Origin: an uncultured Candidatus Saccharibacteria bacterium
GTDB taxonomy: Bacteria; Patescibacteriota; Saccharimonadia; UBA4664; CAZOQX01
Assembly (NCBI GenBank): GCA_964582465.1
Contig: CAZOQX010000002.1
Span: 7,379-71,378 of the forward strand
Direction: 5' to 3'
DNA: 64,000 bases
Shown here: in pieces, positions 18,213 to 27,915 of the stretch
How the letters are laid out: every line of letters begins with the position of its first letter
Position numbering within the stretch: position 1 is the stretch's first letter
Notes under the pieces: generated by a model
Database searches by the model: none
What the model saw: only the letters and a program-made list of their open reading frames with translations
What the model was told of the DNA's origin: nothing
Translations under genes and position numbers: made by a program

Positions 18213-18719
18213 ATGACGCCAAAGCTTAAAACTAAAAATTTAGACTTGCGGCCGACTGCCCCGCGTGATTTAGACCGGGTGGTCGAGATCATGACCGAGC
18301 CCTCCGTTGCCAGGTGGTGGCACCGTGAGGATTGGGCTAAGGAGTATATTTACCATGAGGCCAAGCTGGTGTGGGCAATCGAGAAGGATGGGCGCATGAT
18401 CGGACTAATCCAGGCTTACGAAGAGAACGATCCGCAGTACCACCACGCTGGCATCGATCTGGCGCTGAGTGAAGAATTCCAAGGGCAAGGCTTCGGGCCG
18501 GAGGCTATCGTTGTGGTGGCGAAGTTGCTGTTTGACCGAGGGCACCATCGTTTGATTATTGATCCGGCCGCCAGCAACGAACGGGCTATTCAAGCTTATC
18601 AAAGGGTTGGCTTCAAGCCCGTCGGCATAATGCGGCAGTATGAGCAGAACGTTAGCGGGAAAGGCTTCCATGATGGGCTGCTTATGGATATGCTTAAAGG
18701 TGAATTGAAGGAATCATGA
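18213..18719 (+). CDS. GNAT acetyltransferase, AAC(6')-like
   Basis: PSVARWW, FQGQGFG, LIIDPAASNERAIQAYQRVGF. Confidence 0.85.
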   Translation: MTPKLKTKNLDLRPTAPRDLDRVVEIMTEPSVARWWHREDWAKEYIYHEAKLVWAIEKDGRMIGLIQAYEENDPQYHHAGIDLALSEEFQGQGFGPEAIVVVAKLLFDRGHHRLIIDPAASNERAIQAYQRVGFKPVGIMRQYEQNVSGKGFHDGLLMDMLKGELKES

Positions 18720-19027
18720 TGTTCGATTTCAAGAAATTTAGCGATCGAGTCTGGGCCAATAAGGTGGCCAAGGGCTTTAATACCACCGATGTGGAGCAGG
18801 AGTTTGTGTTTATTTACGGGGAGCTCGCCGAGATGTACGAAGCTTATCGTAAGAATAAATCTGATCTTGGCGGCGAATTTGCCGACGTTCTGATGTATCT
18901 CATGGGCTTGGCCCACATGCTGGGTGTCGATCTGGAAGCCGAGCTCGAAAAAAAGATGGCCAAAAATGAGCAGCGCGAGTACAAACAGATCGGCAAGGGC
19001 TTCGTCCGTACCAAGGAGGTGGAGTAG
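18716..19027 (+). CDS. MazG-like NTP pyrophosphohydrolase
   Basis: GELAE..GEFADV (ExxE...ExxD). Confidence 0.85.
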   Translation: MMFDFKKFSDRVWANKVAKGFNTTDVEQEFVFIYGELAEMYEAYRKNKSDLGGEFADVLMYLMGLAHMLGVDLEAELEKKMAKNEQREYKQIGKGFVRTKEVE

Positions 19028-19030
19028 CCC

Positions 19031-20863
19031 ATGAGTGAGCAGCACGACAACCTGGAGGTAATGCGACATTCGATGGCGCACATTATGGCTGCTGCCATGC
19101 AAAAACTTTGGCCCCAGGCTAAGTTTGGGGTAGGGCCGGTGGTGGAAGATGGATTTTATTATGACGTTGATTTGAGTCAAACCCTGTCGCTAGACGACCT
19201 CAAAAAAATTGAAACCGAAATGAGTAAGATTGTGGCTCAAGATGTCGCTTTTGAGAAAATCGAGCTACCGATCGGCGAAGCTATCAAAAAGTTTGAAGCG
19301 GGCGGTCAAACCTACAAGGTGGATTTGCTCAAGGATCTGAAGGAACGCGGCACCACCAACATGAAAGATTTGAGCGGAGAAGAGCTGGGTGTATCTGATA
19401 ATGCTGACAAAATTACAACGGTTACACTTTATCGTACGGGCGAATTCGAAGATTTGTGCCGTGGTCCGCACGTAGACTCGACCGGCCAGGTGGGCGCGTT
19501 CAAGCTGACTCGCGTATCTGGGGCCTACTGGCGGGGGAATCAGAGCAACCCCCAAATGCAACGCGTCTACGGGGTGGGTTTTGCGACTAAGAAAGAGCTC
19601 GATGAATACTTTGTGCGCCTGGCTGAGGCTGAGAAGAACGACCATCGCGTGCTTGGTCCCCAGATGGGCATTTACATGCTATCCGACGCAGTTGGAGCGG
19701 GCCTACCGCTATGGATGCCGAATGGTGAGCTGGTTTACCATCAATTACTCGAGTATATGCGTGAAAAGGAGCTGGCTCGTGGCTATAAATACGTCGCCAC
19801 CCCCATACTAGGGCATGAAGATCTCTATAAGCGTTCGGGTCACGCCAAGTTCTACGACGATGATATGTACAGTTTCAAGGACGACGAAGGTAATAAGTTC
19901 TACTTGAAGCCAATGAACTGTCCGCATCACCACATGATTTATGAAAAACTGGTGCAAAGTTACCGCGACTTGCCACTTAAGCTGGCTGAACCGGGTCACA
20001 TTTACCGCCGCGAGCTATCAGGCGTGCTATCGGGGCTAATCCGAGCGCGCAGCTTTACCCAAAACGACTCTCACATTTACGTGACCGATGATCAACTGAA
20101 GGCTGAATTTTTGGATGTACTCGCCTTATTTAAGGAGGTATACGACGAAGTCGGCATCGCTGATTATTGGTATCGTCTGAGCTTGCCCGATTTTGAGAAG
20201 GATAAGTATGAGGGCGACAAGAAGCAGTGGGAGCATGCGGCGGAGGTAATTCGCCAGGCCCTCAAAGAGTCCAAGTCTGACTTTGTGGAGGCTGAAGGTG
20301 AGGCCGCTTTTTACGGTCCGAAGCTTGATGTTCAGATTCGCAATGTGCTCGGTAAGGAGGACACTATTGCCACCATTCAGGTTGATGTACTGGTGCCGAC
20401 TCGTATGGGTCTAAAATATGTCGACTCTAGTAATGAAGAAAAGGCGCCGATTATTATTCACCGGGCAATTCTCGGTTCATACGAACGGTTCATTGCCTTT
20501 CTAATCGAAAAAACCGGTGGACACTTCCCACTCTGGTTAGCGCCGGAGCAAGTGAGGATTGCGACTCTCAACGATTCGAAAAAGGTTGTAGATTATGCCA
20601 CAAAGTTGGCTGGAGATTTAAAAGCCGCTGGGTTGCGAGTAAGCGTTGATGATTCGAGTGAGTCCGTTGGCAAAAAGGTGCGCGCCTCTGAAGTAGCGAA
20701 GGTCAACTATACGCTCGTAATTGGCGAACGCGAGGTTGATTCGGATGAACTCGCCGTGCGTGGGCGCGGCCAGGGGGGCAGCTCGAAGTTTAAAGTAGCT
20801 GACTTCATTTCTAAGTTGCAAGAAGAGGTTACGGCCAGGTCACAGAAACCCTTGATCGAATGA
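19031..20863 (+). CDS. thrS: threonine--tRNA ligase
   Basis: RHSMAH, DLCRGPH, KPMNCPHH, AAFYGPK, IIHRA, anticodon-binding domain. Confidence 0.98.
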   Translation: MSEQHDNLEVMRHSMAHIMAAAMQKLWPQAKFGVGPVVEDGFYYDVDLSQTLSLDDLKKIETEMSKIVAQDVAFEKIELPIGEAIKKFEAGGQTYKVDLLKDLKERGTTNMKDLSGEELGVSDNADKITTVTLYRTGEFEDLCRGPHVDSTGQVGAFKLTRVSGAYWRGNQSNPQMQRVYGVGFATKKELDEYFVRLAEAEKNDHRVLGPQMGIYMLSDAVGAGLPLWMPNGELVYHQLLEYMREKELARGYKYVATPILGHEDLYKRSGHAKFYDDDMYSFKDDEGNKFYLKPMNCPHHHMIYEKLVQSYRDLPLKLAEPGHIYRRELSGVLSGLIRARSFTQNDSHIYVTDDQLKAEFLDVLALFKEVYDEVGIADYWYRLSLPDFEKDKYEGDKKQWEHAAEVIRQALKESKSDFVEAEGEAAFYGPKLDVQIRNVLGKEDTIATIQVDVLVPTRMGLKYVDSSNEEKAPIIIHRAILGSYERFIAFLIEKTGGHFPLWLAPEQVRIATLNDSKKVVDYATKLAGDLKAAGLRVSVDDSSESVGKKVRASEVAKVNYTLVIGEREVDSDELAVRGRGQGGSSKFKVADFISKLQEEVTARSQKPLIE

Positions 20864-21456
20864 AACGCTTGTTCGATCTGGTTCTAGCTGTTGTTTTGTT
20901 GCCGTTTCTGGCCCTCTTCTTCGTGGTGATTTTGCCCATAATTTCACGGAATCTCGGCGAACGACCGCTTATGTCGCAAGTGCGCCTGGGGCGCGGCCGG
21001 CGCCCGTTCAAGATTCTTAAGTTAAAAACAATGCGTTCGTCTCGGACGGAAGCAGAGATTAACGATAAGGAGCTAGATAGGCTGCGCCTTACGCCTTTAG
21101 GCTATTGGCTGCGTAATCGCGGCCTGGACGAGTTACCGCAAATCGGGAATATCTTACTTGGGCAAATGAGTTTTACTGGTCCACGCGCCTACTTAGAGAA
21201 AAATTACGAAAAAATCCGGATCGATAACCCGAACATGATTAGGCAAGTTGATCACTGGGAGCGGGCCAGGCTTGCGGTGCGGCCTGGCCTGAGTGGTTGG
21301 CATCAGATACATTCCCTTGGTCCGGGTGTTATTAAATATGACCTCGAGTATCTGGATCATTGGAGCCTACTGAAGGAGCTAAAGATCTTCGCTGTTTCGA
21401 TTTGGATTATGATGGTGGGGAAGGATCGCTATTTTAAAACCGGGGGCAGGCGTTGA
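20860..21456 (+). CDS. monotopic phosphoglycosyltransferase (bacterial sugar transferase)
   Basis: MKRLFDL, KLKTM, LDELPQ, GPR, PGLSGW. Confidence 0.85.
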   Translation: MKRLFDLVLAVVLLPFLALFFVVILPIISRNLGERPLMSQVRLGRGRRPFKILKLKTMRSSRTEAEINDKELDRLRLTPLGYWLRNRGLDELPQIGNILLGQMSFTGPRAYLEKNYEKIRIDNPNMIRQVDHWERARLAVRPGLSGWHQIHSLGPGVIKYDLEYLDHWSLLKELKIFAVSIWIMMVGKDRYFKTGGRR

Positions 21457-21971
21457 ACTATTTCCAGTTTACTAGTCCGAATGTGCCGTATCATTTATCG
21501 GTTGGCGCAGTAGTTTTTAACCCGCAGGGTGAAATCGCTTGTTTCTATAGCCCGGTGGTTCAATTTGGTGATAGTCCGGAGTTCGAGGATATCTACACTT
21601 TGATGCGAGAGACAATCGAACCCGGTGAAACAGTCGAGCAGGCACTCGCACGCGGTCTTGAAGAAGAATTAGGTGTAAGTGCGGAGTTGAAAGCCTATCT
21701 GGGAGATTTGACTTCTCAAGCCTTTGCCTTCATGCAAAAAGTCGACTTTGAAAAGACTACGCTCTACTTTTTGATGGAGTTTACTGAGCAAATCGGTCCG
21801 GGCGGTCAGGAGGAAGTGCCGGGCGAGCCGAAGTGGTTGCAGCCGGATGTGCTAAAGCAGAAAATCGCCCACCAAATTGCACGTTATCCCAGCCGCCCCG
21901 ATGACGTTGATGAGCGGTTGATCATTGATCGCGCTATTAAAGTCCGCCGAGCTTTGGGGTATCAGGAGTAA
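21453..21971 (+). CDS. NUDIX hydrolase-like protein
   Basis: IEPGETVEQALARGLEEELGV Nudix-box variant. Confidence 0.75.
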   Translation: MNYFQFTSPNVPYHLSVGAVVFNPQGEIACFYSPVVQFGDSPEFEDIYTLMRETIEPGETVEQALARGLEEELGVSAELKAYLGDLTSQAFAFMQKVDFEKTTLYFLMEFTEQIGPGGQEEVPGEPKWLQPDVLKQKIAHQIARYPSRPDDVDERLIIDRAIKVRRALGYQE

Positions 21972-21980
21972 AATAACATC

Positions 21981-22715
21981 ATGAGCGAGCTATTTGACCG
22001 CGCGAAATGGCATGACAATTTTAGCCACCCAAATTGGCATAGGCGGGTTAATCCGGATTGGCATGCTTTGCGCGCCAGTTGGGAAGAGATCGAGGGTAAA
22101 GGTGAGCGCGAGACGGCCAAGCGCGATTTTTATCAATTCGTGGAAGCGCAGCTTGCGGCTGGGGACGTGGTGATTGGCGAACCGATCACAAGTTTCGACG
22201 AGCAACGCCAGCCTATTTCCAAAGTCATTCTCCATCATACCAAGGAGCCCGGCGGCATCGCCGCGACTCGCCTGAACGCCATGCACCTGATTAATATTTA
22301 CGCGCTGTACTTTTGCCATCCCAATCCTGACACGGTCGATCTCATCAAAGATTCGCCGGTATTTTCGGGTCACTTCATGGACGGCGAACAGGTTTTCCAG
22401 GTCTTTCACTGGTTGGTGAGAGAGGATGGTCGCGCCGAGCGGCTGCTTGATGACAAGTACACCGGTTGGCACGCGGCGAACTGGCAGGTGAATTGCCAGA
22501 GCGTGGCGATCGCTTTTGATGGTGATTTAACCAGCGCCCGACCGAGCGAGACGGCGATTAAGGGCGCCGCTAAGTTGATTAAAGATCATTATCCCCAGGT
22601 TGAGCTCGACAATATCTTGGGCGTGCTCGAGGTCAACCCAAACACTGAATCGCCCGGTCGCAAGTTTCTCGGTCCTGATGGGTGGAAGAAAGACCTACTT
22701 TCTGCGCTAAAATAA
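21981..22715 (+). CDS. N-acetylmuramoyl-L-alanine amidase/PGRP-like protein
   Basis: VILHHT, FHWLV..DG, GWHA..N..SVAIAF.GD, TESPG. Confidence 0.75.
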   Translation: MSELFDRAKWHDNFSHPNWHRRVNPDWHALRASWEEIEGKGERETAKRDFYQFVEAQLAAGDVVIGEPITSFDEQRQPISKVILHHTKEPGGIAATRLNAMHLINIYALYFCHPNPDTVDLIKDSPVFSGHFMDGEQVFQVFHWLVREDGRAERLLDDKYTGWHAANWQVNCQSVAIAFDGDLTSARPSETAIKGAAKLIKDHYPQVELDNILGVLEVNPNTESPGRKFLGPDGWKKDLLSALK

Positions 22716-22720
22716 GTTCT

Positions 22721-23335
22721 ATGGCCAAGCTGCAACCAGTAATTGCCGTTGATATTGATGATGTGCTTGTGCCGCATTATGAGCTAATGACCGAATTTGT
22801 GAATAAGCACCATGGTTACGCGCTGAGGTCGCACGACTTTCAAAACTGGGAGAAATTGCTCCAGCTCACGGGTATTAATCGCGAAGAGTTCGTGGCCCAG
22901 GTGGAGCCTTTTATTCAATCGGAGGATTTCGTGGAGCAGTCTCCAGCGTTTGAGGTCATGGAAGCATTGAGCACGTTGTCTAAGTATTATCGTATAGTCG
23001 CGGTTACTGCCAGGCCGCGTTCGATTGAGCAGCGCACAATCAAATGGATGGCAGAGCATTTCGGAACTTCTATTCCGGAAATTGAGTTTGTTAACCCCAA
23101 CCAGGCGTGGGGTAGGGGTGGGAGCGTATCAAAACTTGAGGTGTGCCTACGCCTAGGGGCGAAATACTTGATAGATGATCATCTCAAACATGCTCAAGAC
23201 GTCGCTGCTGGCGGGATCAAGGTCATACTCTATGGCAATTATCCTTGGAACCAGCTCGATGCCTTACCCGATAATATTTTGCGGGCGCGTGACTGGGGTG
23301 AGGTATTAAAGATTTTGTTGCCCCATGCAGTCTGA
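22721..23335 (+). CDS. HAD 5'(3')-nucleotidase (NT5C-like)
   Basis: VDIDDVL, VTAR, K, LIDD, PWN motifs. Confidence 0.85.
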   Translation: MAKLQPVIAVDIDDVLVPHYELMTEFVNKHHGYALRSHDFQNWEKLLQLTGINREEFVAQVEPFIQSEDFVEQSPAFEVMEALSTLSKYYRIVAVTARPRSIEQRTIKWMAEHFGTSIPEIEFVNPNQAWGRGGSVSKLEVCLRLGAKYLIDDHLKHAQDVAAGGIKVILYGNYPWNQLDALPDNILRARDWGEVLKILLPHAV

Positions 23336-23639
23336 CGAAACATTTCGCGAGGCGGTGTATGAGCTGGTTGCAGCCATCCCGCGGGGGCGGGTAATGACCT
23401 ATGGCCAGATTGCGGCGCTGTGCGGTAGTCCGCGGGCGGCTCGGATCGTCGGCGGCATTGCTCATTTCGGGCCAACCGGTTTGCCCTGGCAGCGCGTGGT
23501 ACATAAAGATGGGTTGCTCGCGAGTGGCTACACGTCCGGCGGCTATGCTGCTCACAGACGCGACCTTGAGGGCGACGGGGTGGAGGTAGACGTCGAATTC
23601 CGTGTCGTGAATCTGGAGAAGCGGATTTGGTGGCCGTGA
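23325..23639 (+). CDS. alkyltransferase-like (ATL) protein, MGMT family
   Basis: IPRGRVMTYGQIA..PWQRV (Trp in place of the catalytic Cys of PCHRV). Confidence 0.88.
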   Translation: MQSDETFREAVYELVAAIPRGRVMTYGQIAALCGSPRAARIVGGIAHFGPTGLPWQRVVHKDGLLASGYTSGGYAAHRRDLEGDGVEVDVEFRVVNLEKRIWWP

Positions 23640-24496
23640 ACCCTAAATTGGTTGCGATCGTTGGGCCAACTGGGAGTGGGAAGAGTGACTTGGCGCTGCA
23701 ACTGGCGCAAGAGTTTGGGGGCGAAATTATTGCCGCTGACTCACGGACGATTTACAGGGGCATGGATATCGTGACGGCCAAGCCAACCGTGGCCGACCAG
23801 CTGCTAGTGCCACATCACTTGCTCGACGTGGTGGAGCCAGGTGAGCGGTTTACCGCAGCTGACTTTAAAAAACTTACTGAGGGCGCGCTTGCAGACATTA
23901 GTCGGCGCGGCAAACTGCCCATGCTAGTGGGTGGTAGCGGTTTGTACGTGGATAGTGTTTTATACGACTACCAATTTCCCGGCCAAAGTGACGTCGATCG
24001 GGCCGAATTAGAGCGGCTAGGCATTGATGAATTGCAGGCTCGCTTGGGCCAACTGGAACGCCAAAAGCTGAACACAATCGACGTACAAAACCGCCGACGA
24101 TTGGTGCGTGCTATCGAAACTGTGGGCCGAAAACCAACGAAAATGAATCAAATTCTGTCAAATACACTCCTGTTAGGACTAAAATTGGACAAAGAAACTA
24201 CTCAAAACCGTCTCAAAAAACGGACCGATCAAATGGTGGCTGCCGGTCTCGCGCCAGAAATTGAAAAGTTAGCCCAGAAGTACGGCTGGGGTAATGAGGC
24301 TATGACTGGAATTGGCTGCCGCGCTTTCAAGGGCTATATCGAAGGCAGGAAAACCCTCGAACAAGCCAAGGCCGATTTTGTGGCGGGCGACATGAAGCTC
24401 GTGAAGAAACAACTGACATGGTTCAAGCGCAACCCGTACATCATTTGGCTGGAGCGTCCGGCTGATGCCCAGAAATTAGTCGCAGATTTTCTTTGA
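23636..24496 (+). CDS. miaA: tRNA dimethylallyltransferase
   Basis: GPTGSGKS, ADSRTIYRGMDIVTAKP, VGGSGLY, KKQLTWF. Confidence 0.95.
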   Translation: MNPKLVAIVGPTGSGKSDLALQLAQEFGGEIIAADSRTIYRGMDIVTAKPTVADQLLVPHHLLDVVEPGERFTAADFKKLTEGALADISRRGKLPMLVGGSGLYVDSVLYDYQFPGQSDVDRAELERLGIDELQARLGQLERQKLNTIDVQNRRRLVRAIETVGRKPTKMNQILSNTLLLGLKLDKETTQNRLKKRTDQMVAAGLAPEIEKLAQKYGWGNEAMTGIGCRAFKGYIEGRKTLEQAKADFVAGDMKLVKKQLTWFKRNPYIIWLERPADAQKLVADFL

Positions 24497-24499
24497 GTT

Positions 24500-24760
24500 C
24501 TACCGCGTAAACGGCCAGAGCTGGAATGAGTGGTTGGCTTGGTGGGTAATGGTGATGTTAAAGAAGAAGCCAAACAAGATCACGGCCGCGATTAGGGCCA
24601 GGATGATGAGTGTGGCCAGTGTCCGGCTGCCTGTCCCGGCTCCGCTACGCTCGACCACTTCACGCTCAATCATGGCGGGCTGGTAGCGCGCTGCCATTGG
24701 AGCACTCTCGTAAAATTTACCGTCCTTACCTTGTATTGGTTGCTTGCGTCTGAGTTTCAT
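24500..24760 (-). CDS. small single-TM hypothetical protein
   Basis: SD GGGAGG; one C-terminal hydrophobic helix. Confidence 0.6.
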   Translation of the reverse strand: MKLRRKQPIQGKDGKFYESAPMAARYQPAMIEREVVERSGAGTGSRTLATLIILALIAAVILFGFFFNITITHQANHSFQLWPFTR

Positions 24761-24903
24761 AGCCTTCCCTCCCTTTGTCTAAGAGGTTACAACTTGTACG
24801 GGCTTAAAGTCTTTGGTCAAATGGTCAAATCGGTTAAAAGCGCTACGCTGCTGGTTTGCCCGCTCGCTTTAACGGCTGAGCTTGATTCCTATATAATCGA
24901 GTT

Positions 24904-26256
24904 ATGCCCTTATTACTGACGCTCCTGATTGCAAAATTGATTCAAAAGCTCAGCCGTCTGATTTACGGCGGGGGAGGAGCCTTGCCCGGCCTGGTGGCCT
25001 TGAAGCTCCAGCCCGAGCTGCTCAGTAAGCTCGCGCCCGGGTTCGATCAAATCGTGCTTGTGACCGGCACAAACGGCAAAACGACCGCAACCAAGATGAT
25101 TGCCTCAGTGCTTGCCGCCGAAGGGAAGAAAGTGGTTGTAAATAAAACTGGCTCTAACCTAGCACGGGGAATTGCTTCGGGCTTAATCGAGGCGGTGAGC
25201 TGGAGCGGCCGGCTACCTGGCGAGATTGGTCTATTTGAAGTCGACGAAGGCGCCTTCCCTCAGGTGGCCGCTCAACTTAATCCGGCCTTAGTCGTAGTTC
25301 TGAATTTATTCCGCGATCAGCTCGACCGGTATGGTGAGCTAGACACGACGGCGCGGAAAATCGGCGAGGCGTTGGCTAAGCTTGACGCCACAGTTTACCT
25401 GAATGCTGACGATCCACTAGTGACGCAGCTGTCCGACTATCTGGGTGAAGGATCAGGGCCGGTTTATTTTGGGGTCGACGATTATCCAGCTAAGCGCCTA
25501 AGCGAGGATGAGGCGGCTGATGCGCAGGCTTGCCCGGTGTGCGCACGTCCACTCGCGTACACGCTGAATTTCTACGGCCAAATTGGCCACTGGCGTTGCC
25601 CGGACGGGCACATTAAACGGCCTGAGCCCCAGGTGGCGATTAAAAAAGTCCGGTCGGGCGTAAATAGTTTCGAAGTCCGCGCCTGGGAACAGTTGGTGGA
25701 AGTTAAACTCAGCCTTCCTGGGCTCTACAACGCTTATAATGCGCTTGCCGCTCTTAGTGTGCTCGCTGGCCTCGGTATTTTGCTCACACAGGCTGCTAAG
25801 CAGTTAGGTGAGAGCCAGGCGGCTTTCGGTCGGGTGGAGCACTTCGAATTTAATGGTCGTCATTTTTATCTACTTTTGGTGAAAAACCCGGCTGGTTTTA
25901 ACCAATTGATTCAAACTTTTTTGATGAAAGAGCCGGCACCGCTTCTGATTGCGATTAATGATAATCTGGCCGATGGGCGCGATGTGTCTTGGCTGTGGGA
26001 TGTGGCTTTTGAGGAAGTGCAAGCATCTGGGCATGAGGTGCTTGCTTCTGGCGTGAGGGCGAGTGATTTGGCCTTGCGATTGAAGTATGCGGCCATTCCG
26101 GCGGCTGTTGAGGGTGACCTAGCCAAGGCCTGGCAGCGTTTCGTGCGCCAAGTTCCGGTCGCGGGTACAGGCTATATTTTACCGACTTACACAGCTATGA
26201 CGAGCTTGCGTAAGATTATCGGCAAGAAGGTTAAACTCGGAGACATTTGGCAATGA
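24904..26256 (+). CDS. murT: lipid II isoglutaminyl synthase subunit MurT
   Basis: VTGTNGKTT, NLFRDQLDRYGE, Zn finger, KNPAG, ADGRDVSWLWD. Confidence 0.93.
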   Translation: MPLLLTLLIAKLIQKLSRLIYGGGGALPGLVALKLQPELLSKLAPGFDQIVLVTGTNGKTTATKMIASVLAAEGKKVVVNKTGSNLARGIASGLIEAVSWSGRLPGEIGLFEVDEGAFPQVAAQLNPALVVVLNLFRDQLDRYGELDTTARKIGEALAKLDATVYLNADDPLVTQLSDYLGEGSGPVYFGVDDYPAKRLSEDEAADAQACPVCARPLAYTLNFYGQIGHWRCPDGHIKRPEPQVAIKKVRSGVNSFEVRAWEQLVEVKLSLPGLYNAYNALAALSVLAGLGILLTQAAKQLGESQAAFGRVEHFEFNGRHFYLLLVKNPAGFNQLIQTFLMKEPAPLLIAINDNLADGRDVSWLWDVAFEEVQASGHEVLASGVRASDLALRLKYAAIPAAVEGDLAKAWQRFVRQVPVAGTGYILPTYTAMTSLRKIIGKKVKLGDIWQ

Positions 26257-26972
26257 AGCGACAGCTTAAAATTGCTCACCTGTATCCAGCTGAGATGAAT
26301 ATTTACGGCGACCGCGGCAACGTCATTACGCTTACAAAACGAGCTCAATGGCGGGGCATTGAAACTGAAGTAATACCAGTGCGCGTCGGCGAGAAGATGA
26401 GCCTGAAAGACGTGGATATTATTTTTTCTGGAGGCGGTCAGGATAAGGGTCAGGTAGCGGTGGGAGTGGATCTGGCGACGCGCTCGGCACTTTTGCAGCA
26501 ACTGGCGGCGGATGGTGTCGCGATGCTCACGATCTGCGGCACTTACCAGCTGTTTGGGCGCGGCTTTACCACCCTAGAAGGGCAGGAAATCCCAGGCATT
26601 TCATTATTCAAAGCTTATACGCAAGGGTCAACCAAGCGCATGATTGGTAATATTGTGACTGCGAGTCCATTTGGCCAGTTGGTGGGATTTGAAAACCACA
26701 GTGGCCAAACCTTCCTCGAGCCGGAGCAGGCGCCGCTGGGGCAAGTCGCCAAAGGGTTCGGCAATAATGGCGATGATGGTAGTGAGGGAGCAATGATGAA
26801 TAATGTCTTTGGCACCTATTTGCACGGGCCGATTTTACCTAAGAACCCGCATTTGGCCGATACGTTGCTGAGCCGAGCCCTGGCGCGCAAATATGGCGAT
26901 GGCGAACTTGAGCCCCTGGATGACGACCTGGAAAGGGCGGCCAGTCGGGTAGCCTCATCGCGTCCAGCCTAA
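26253..26972 (+). CDS. gatD: lipid II isoglutaminyl synthase glutaminase subunit GatD
   Basis: NIYGDRGN, GGGQD, ICGTYQL, GFENH, YLHGP; follows murT. Confidence 0.93.
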   Translation: MKRQLKIAHLYPAEMNIYGDRGNVITLTKRAQWRGIETEVIPVRVGEKMSLKDVDIIFSGGGQDKGQVAVGVDLATRSALLQQLAADGVAMLTICGTYQLFGRGFTTLEGQEIPGISLFKAYTQGSTKRMIGNIVTASPFGQLVGFENHSGQTFLEPEQAPLGQVAKGFGNNGDDGSEGAMMNNVFGTYLHGPILPKNPHLADTLLSRALARKYGDGELEPLDDDLERAASRVASSRPA

Positions 26973-26974
26973 CC

Positions 26975-27001
26975 AAAAAACCGCCCAGAGGGGCGGCTCT
27001 T
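26975..27001. terminator. bidirectional terminator
   Basis: A6-CCGCCC-AGAG-GGGCGG. Confidence 0.7.
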
Positions 27002-27015
27002 GGAAACGTTAGCCG

Positions 27016-27708
27016 TTATTTCTTAACGTTTAAACTCTTACGCATATTGTCCAAGGTGTCGCGAGCCAGGTCGCGGCCCCCAAGACCAAAGGCCAGCCCG
27101 CCGGCTAGAGCCAACATCACGACAATGGCCGTGAATAGTCGGTCCAAGAACGTGGTATTCACGCCCAGTTGAGCCAGGGCTGTGAAGATCACGACCGCCC
27201 AGATCGAATATCGAGTCAGGGCGCTCAAGAGGCTAGCGGTTCCACCGCCAAGCACTTGGGCTGCGTCTTTAACGACGCGGCTGGTGAGGTCAGCGATGAC
27301 CGCACCAACAAAAACGACCGCCGCAGCGGCCAAAACGTTAGGCACGTAGCCTAGCAGCTGGCGCACAATGTCGCTTACTTGCTGCAGATGAGCTACGCTC
27401 AGAGCCTGCAACAGGAAGACTACGACGAAGAACCATTTGACTAGGTCACCCAGCAGGGTAGCCAGATCAATGCGAGTCTCGAACACTCGCCCTAGACCAA
27501 CACGGTCGGTCCATGGCTTGAGCTTGAGACTGCTCAGCCCTCGGAAGATCCGCACTACGATGGCTTTGGCAATCGCAGCGATGATAATCCCGACGATCAA
27601 CACTAAAATGGCTTCCACAATCTGTGGAATGCCGTTGATCACTCGATGGAGGGCGTCGGTAACTCCGTGGCGGACATCGGAGACCGTGGAAGCATATCTC
27701 GCAACCAT
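27016..27708 (-). CDS. TM-helix repeat membrane protein (mechanosensitive channel/CmpX-like)
   Basis: Repeated IPQIVEAILVL / VPNVLAAA helices, GLAFGLGG; SD AAGGAGG. Confidence 0.8.
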   Translation of the reverse strand: MVARYASTVSDVRHGVTDALHRVINGIPQIVEAILVLIVGIIIAAIAKAIVVRIFRGLSSLKLKPWTDRVGLGRVFETRIDLATLLGDLVKWFFVVVFLLQALSVAHLQQVSDIVRQLLGYVPNVLAAAAVVFVGAVIADLTSRVVKDAAQVLGGGTASLLSALTRYSIWAVVIFTALAQLGVNTTFLDRLFTAIVVMLALAGGLAFGLGGRDLARDTLDNMRKSLNVKK

Positions 27709-27915
27709 AGTTTATCCTCCTTAATTTTCTGCCACCTCACCAAACGTGACATTACTTAATGTATTACTCTCTTCAGCATATCTTTGTCAATGCCGGCTAC
27801 GCTTATGTTTTTACACCAAAAAAGTAGTTCGGATTTCTGTCCTTTGTATAAGCACTATGGATTGAGAACAATTTTTGTTATAATTGGCTTGTTACTATCT
27901 GGGAGGCTAAGTAAG

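Noticed and set aside
18213-18719. Confident aminoglycoside resistance gene
   Set aside because: Family resemblance only; substrate cannot be determined from sequence by eye.
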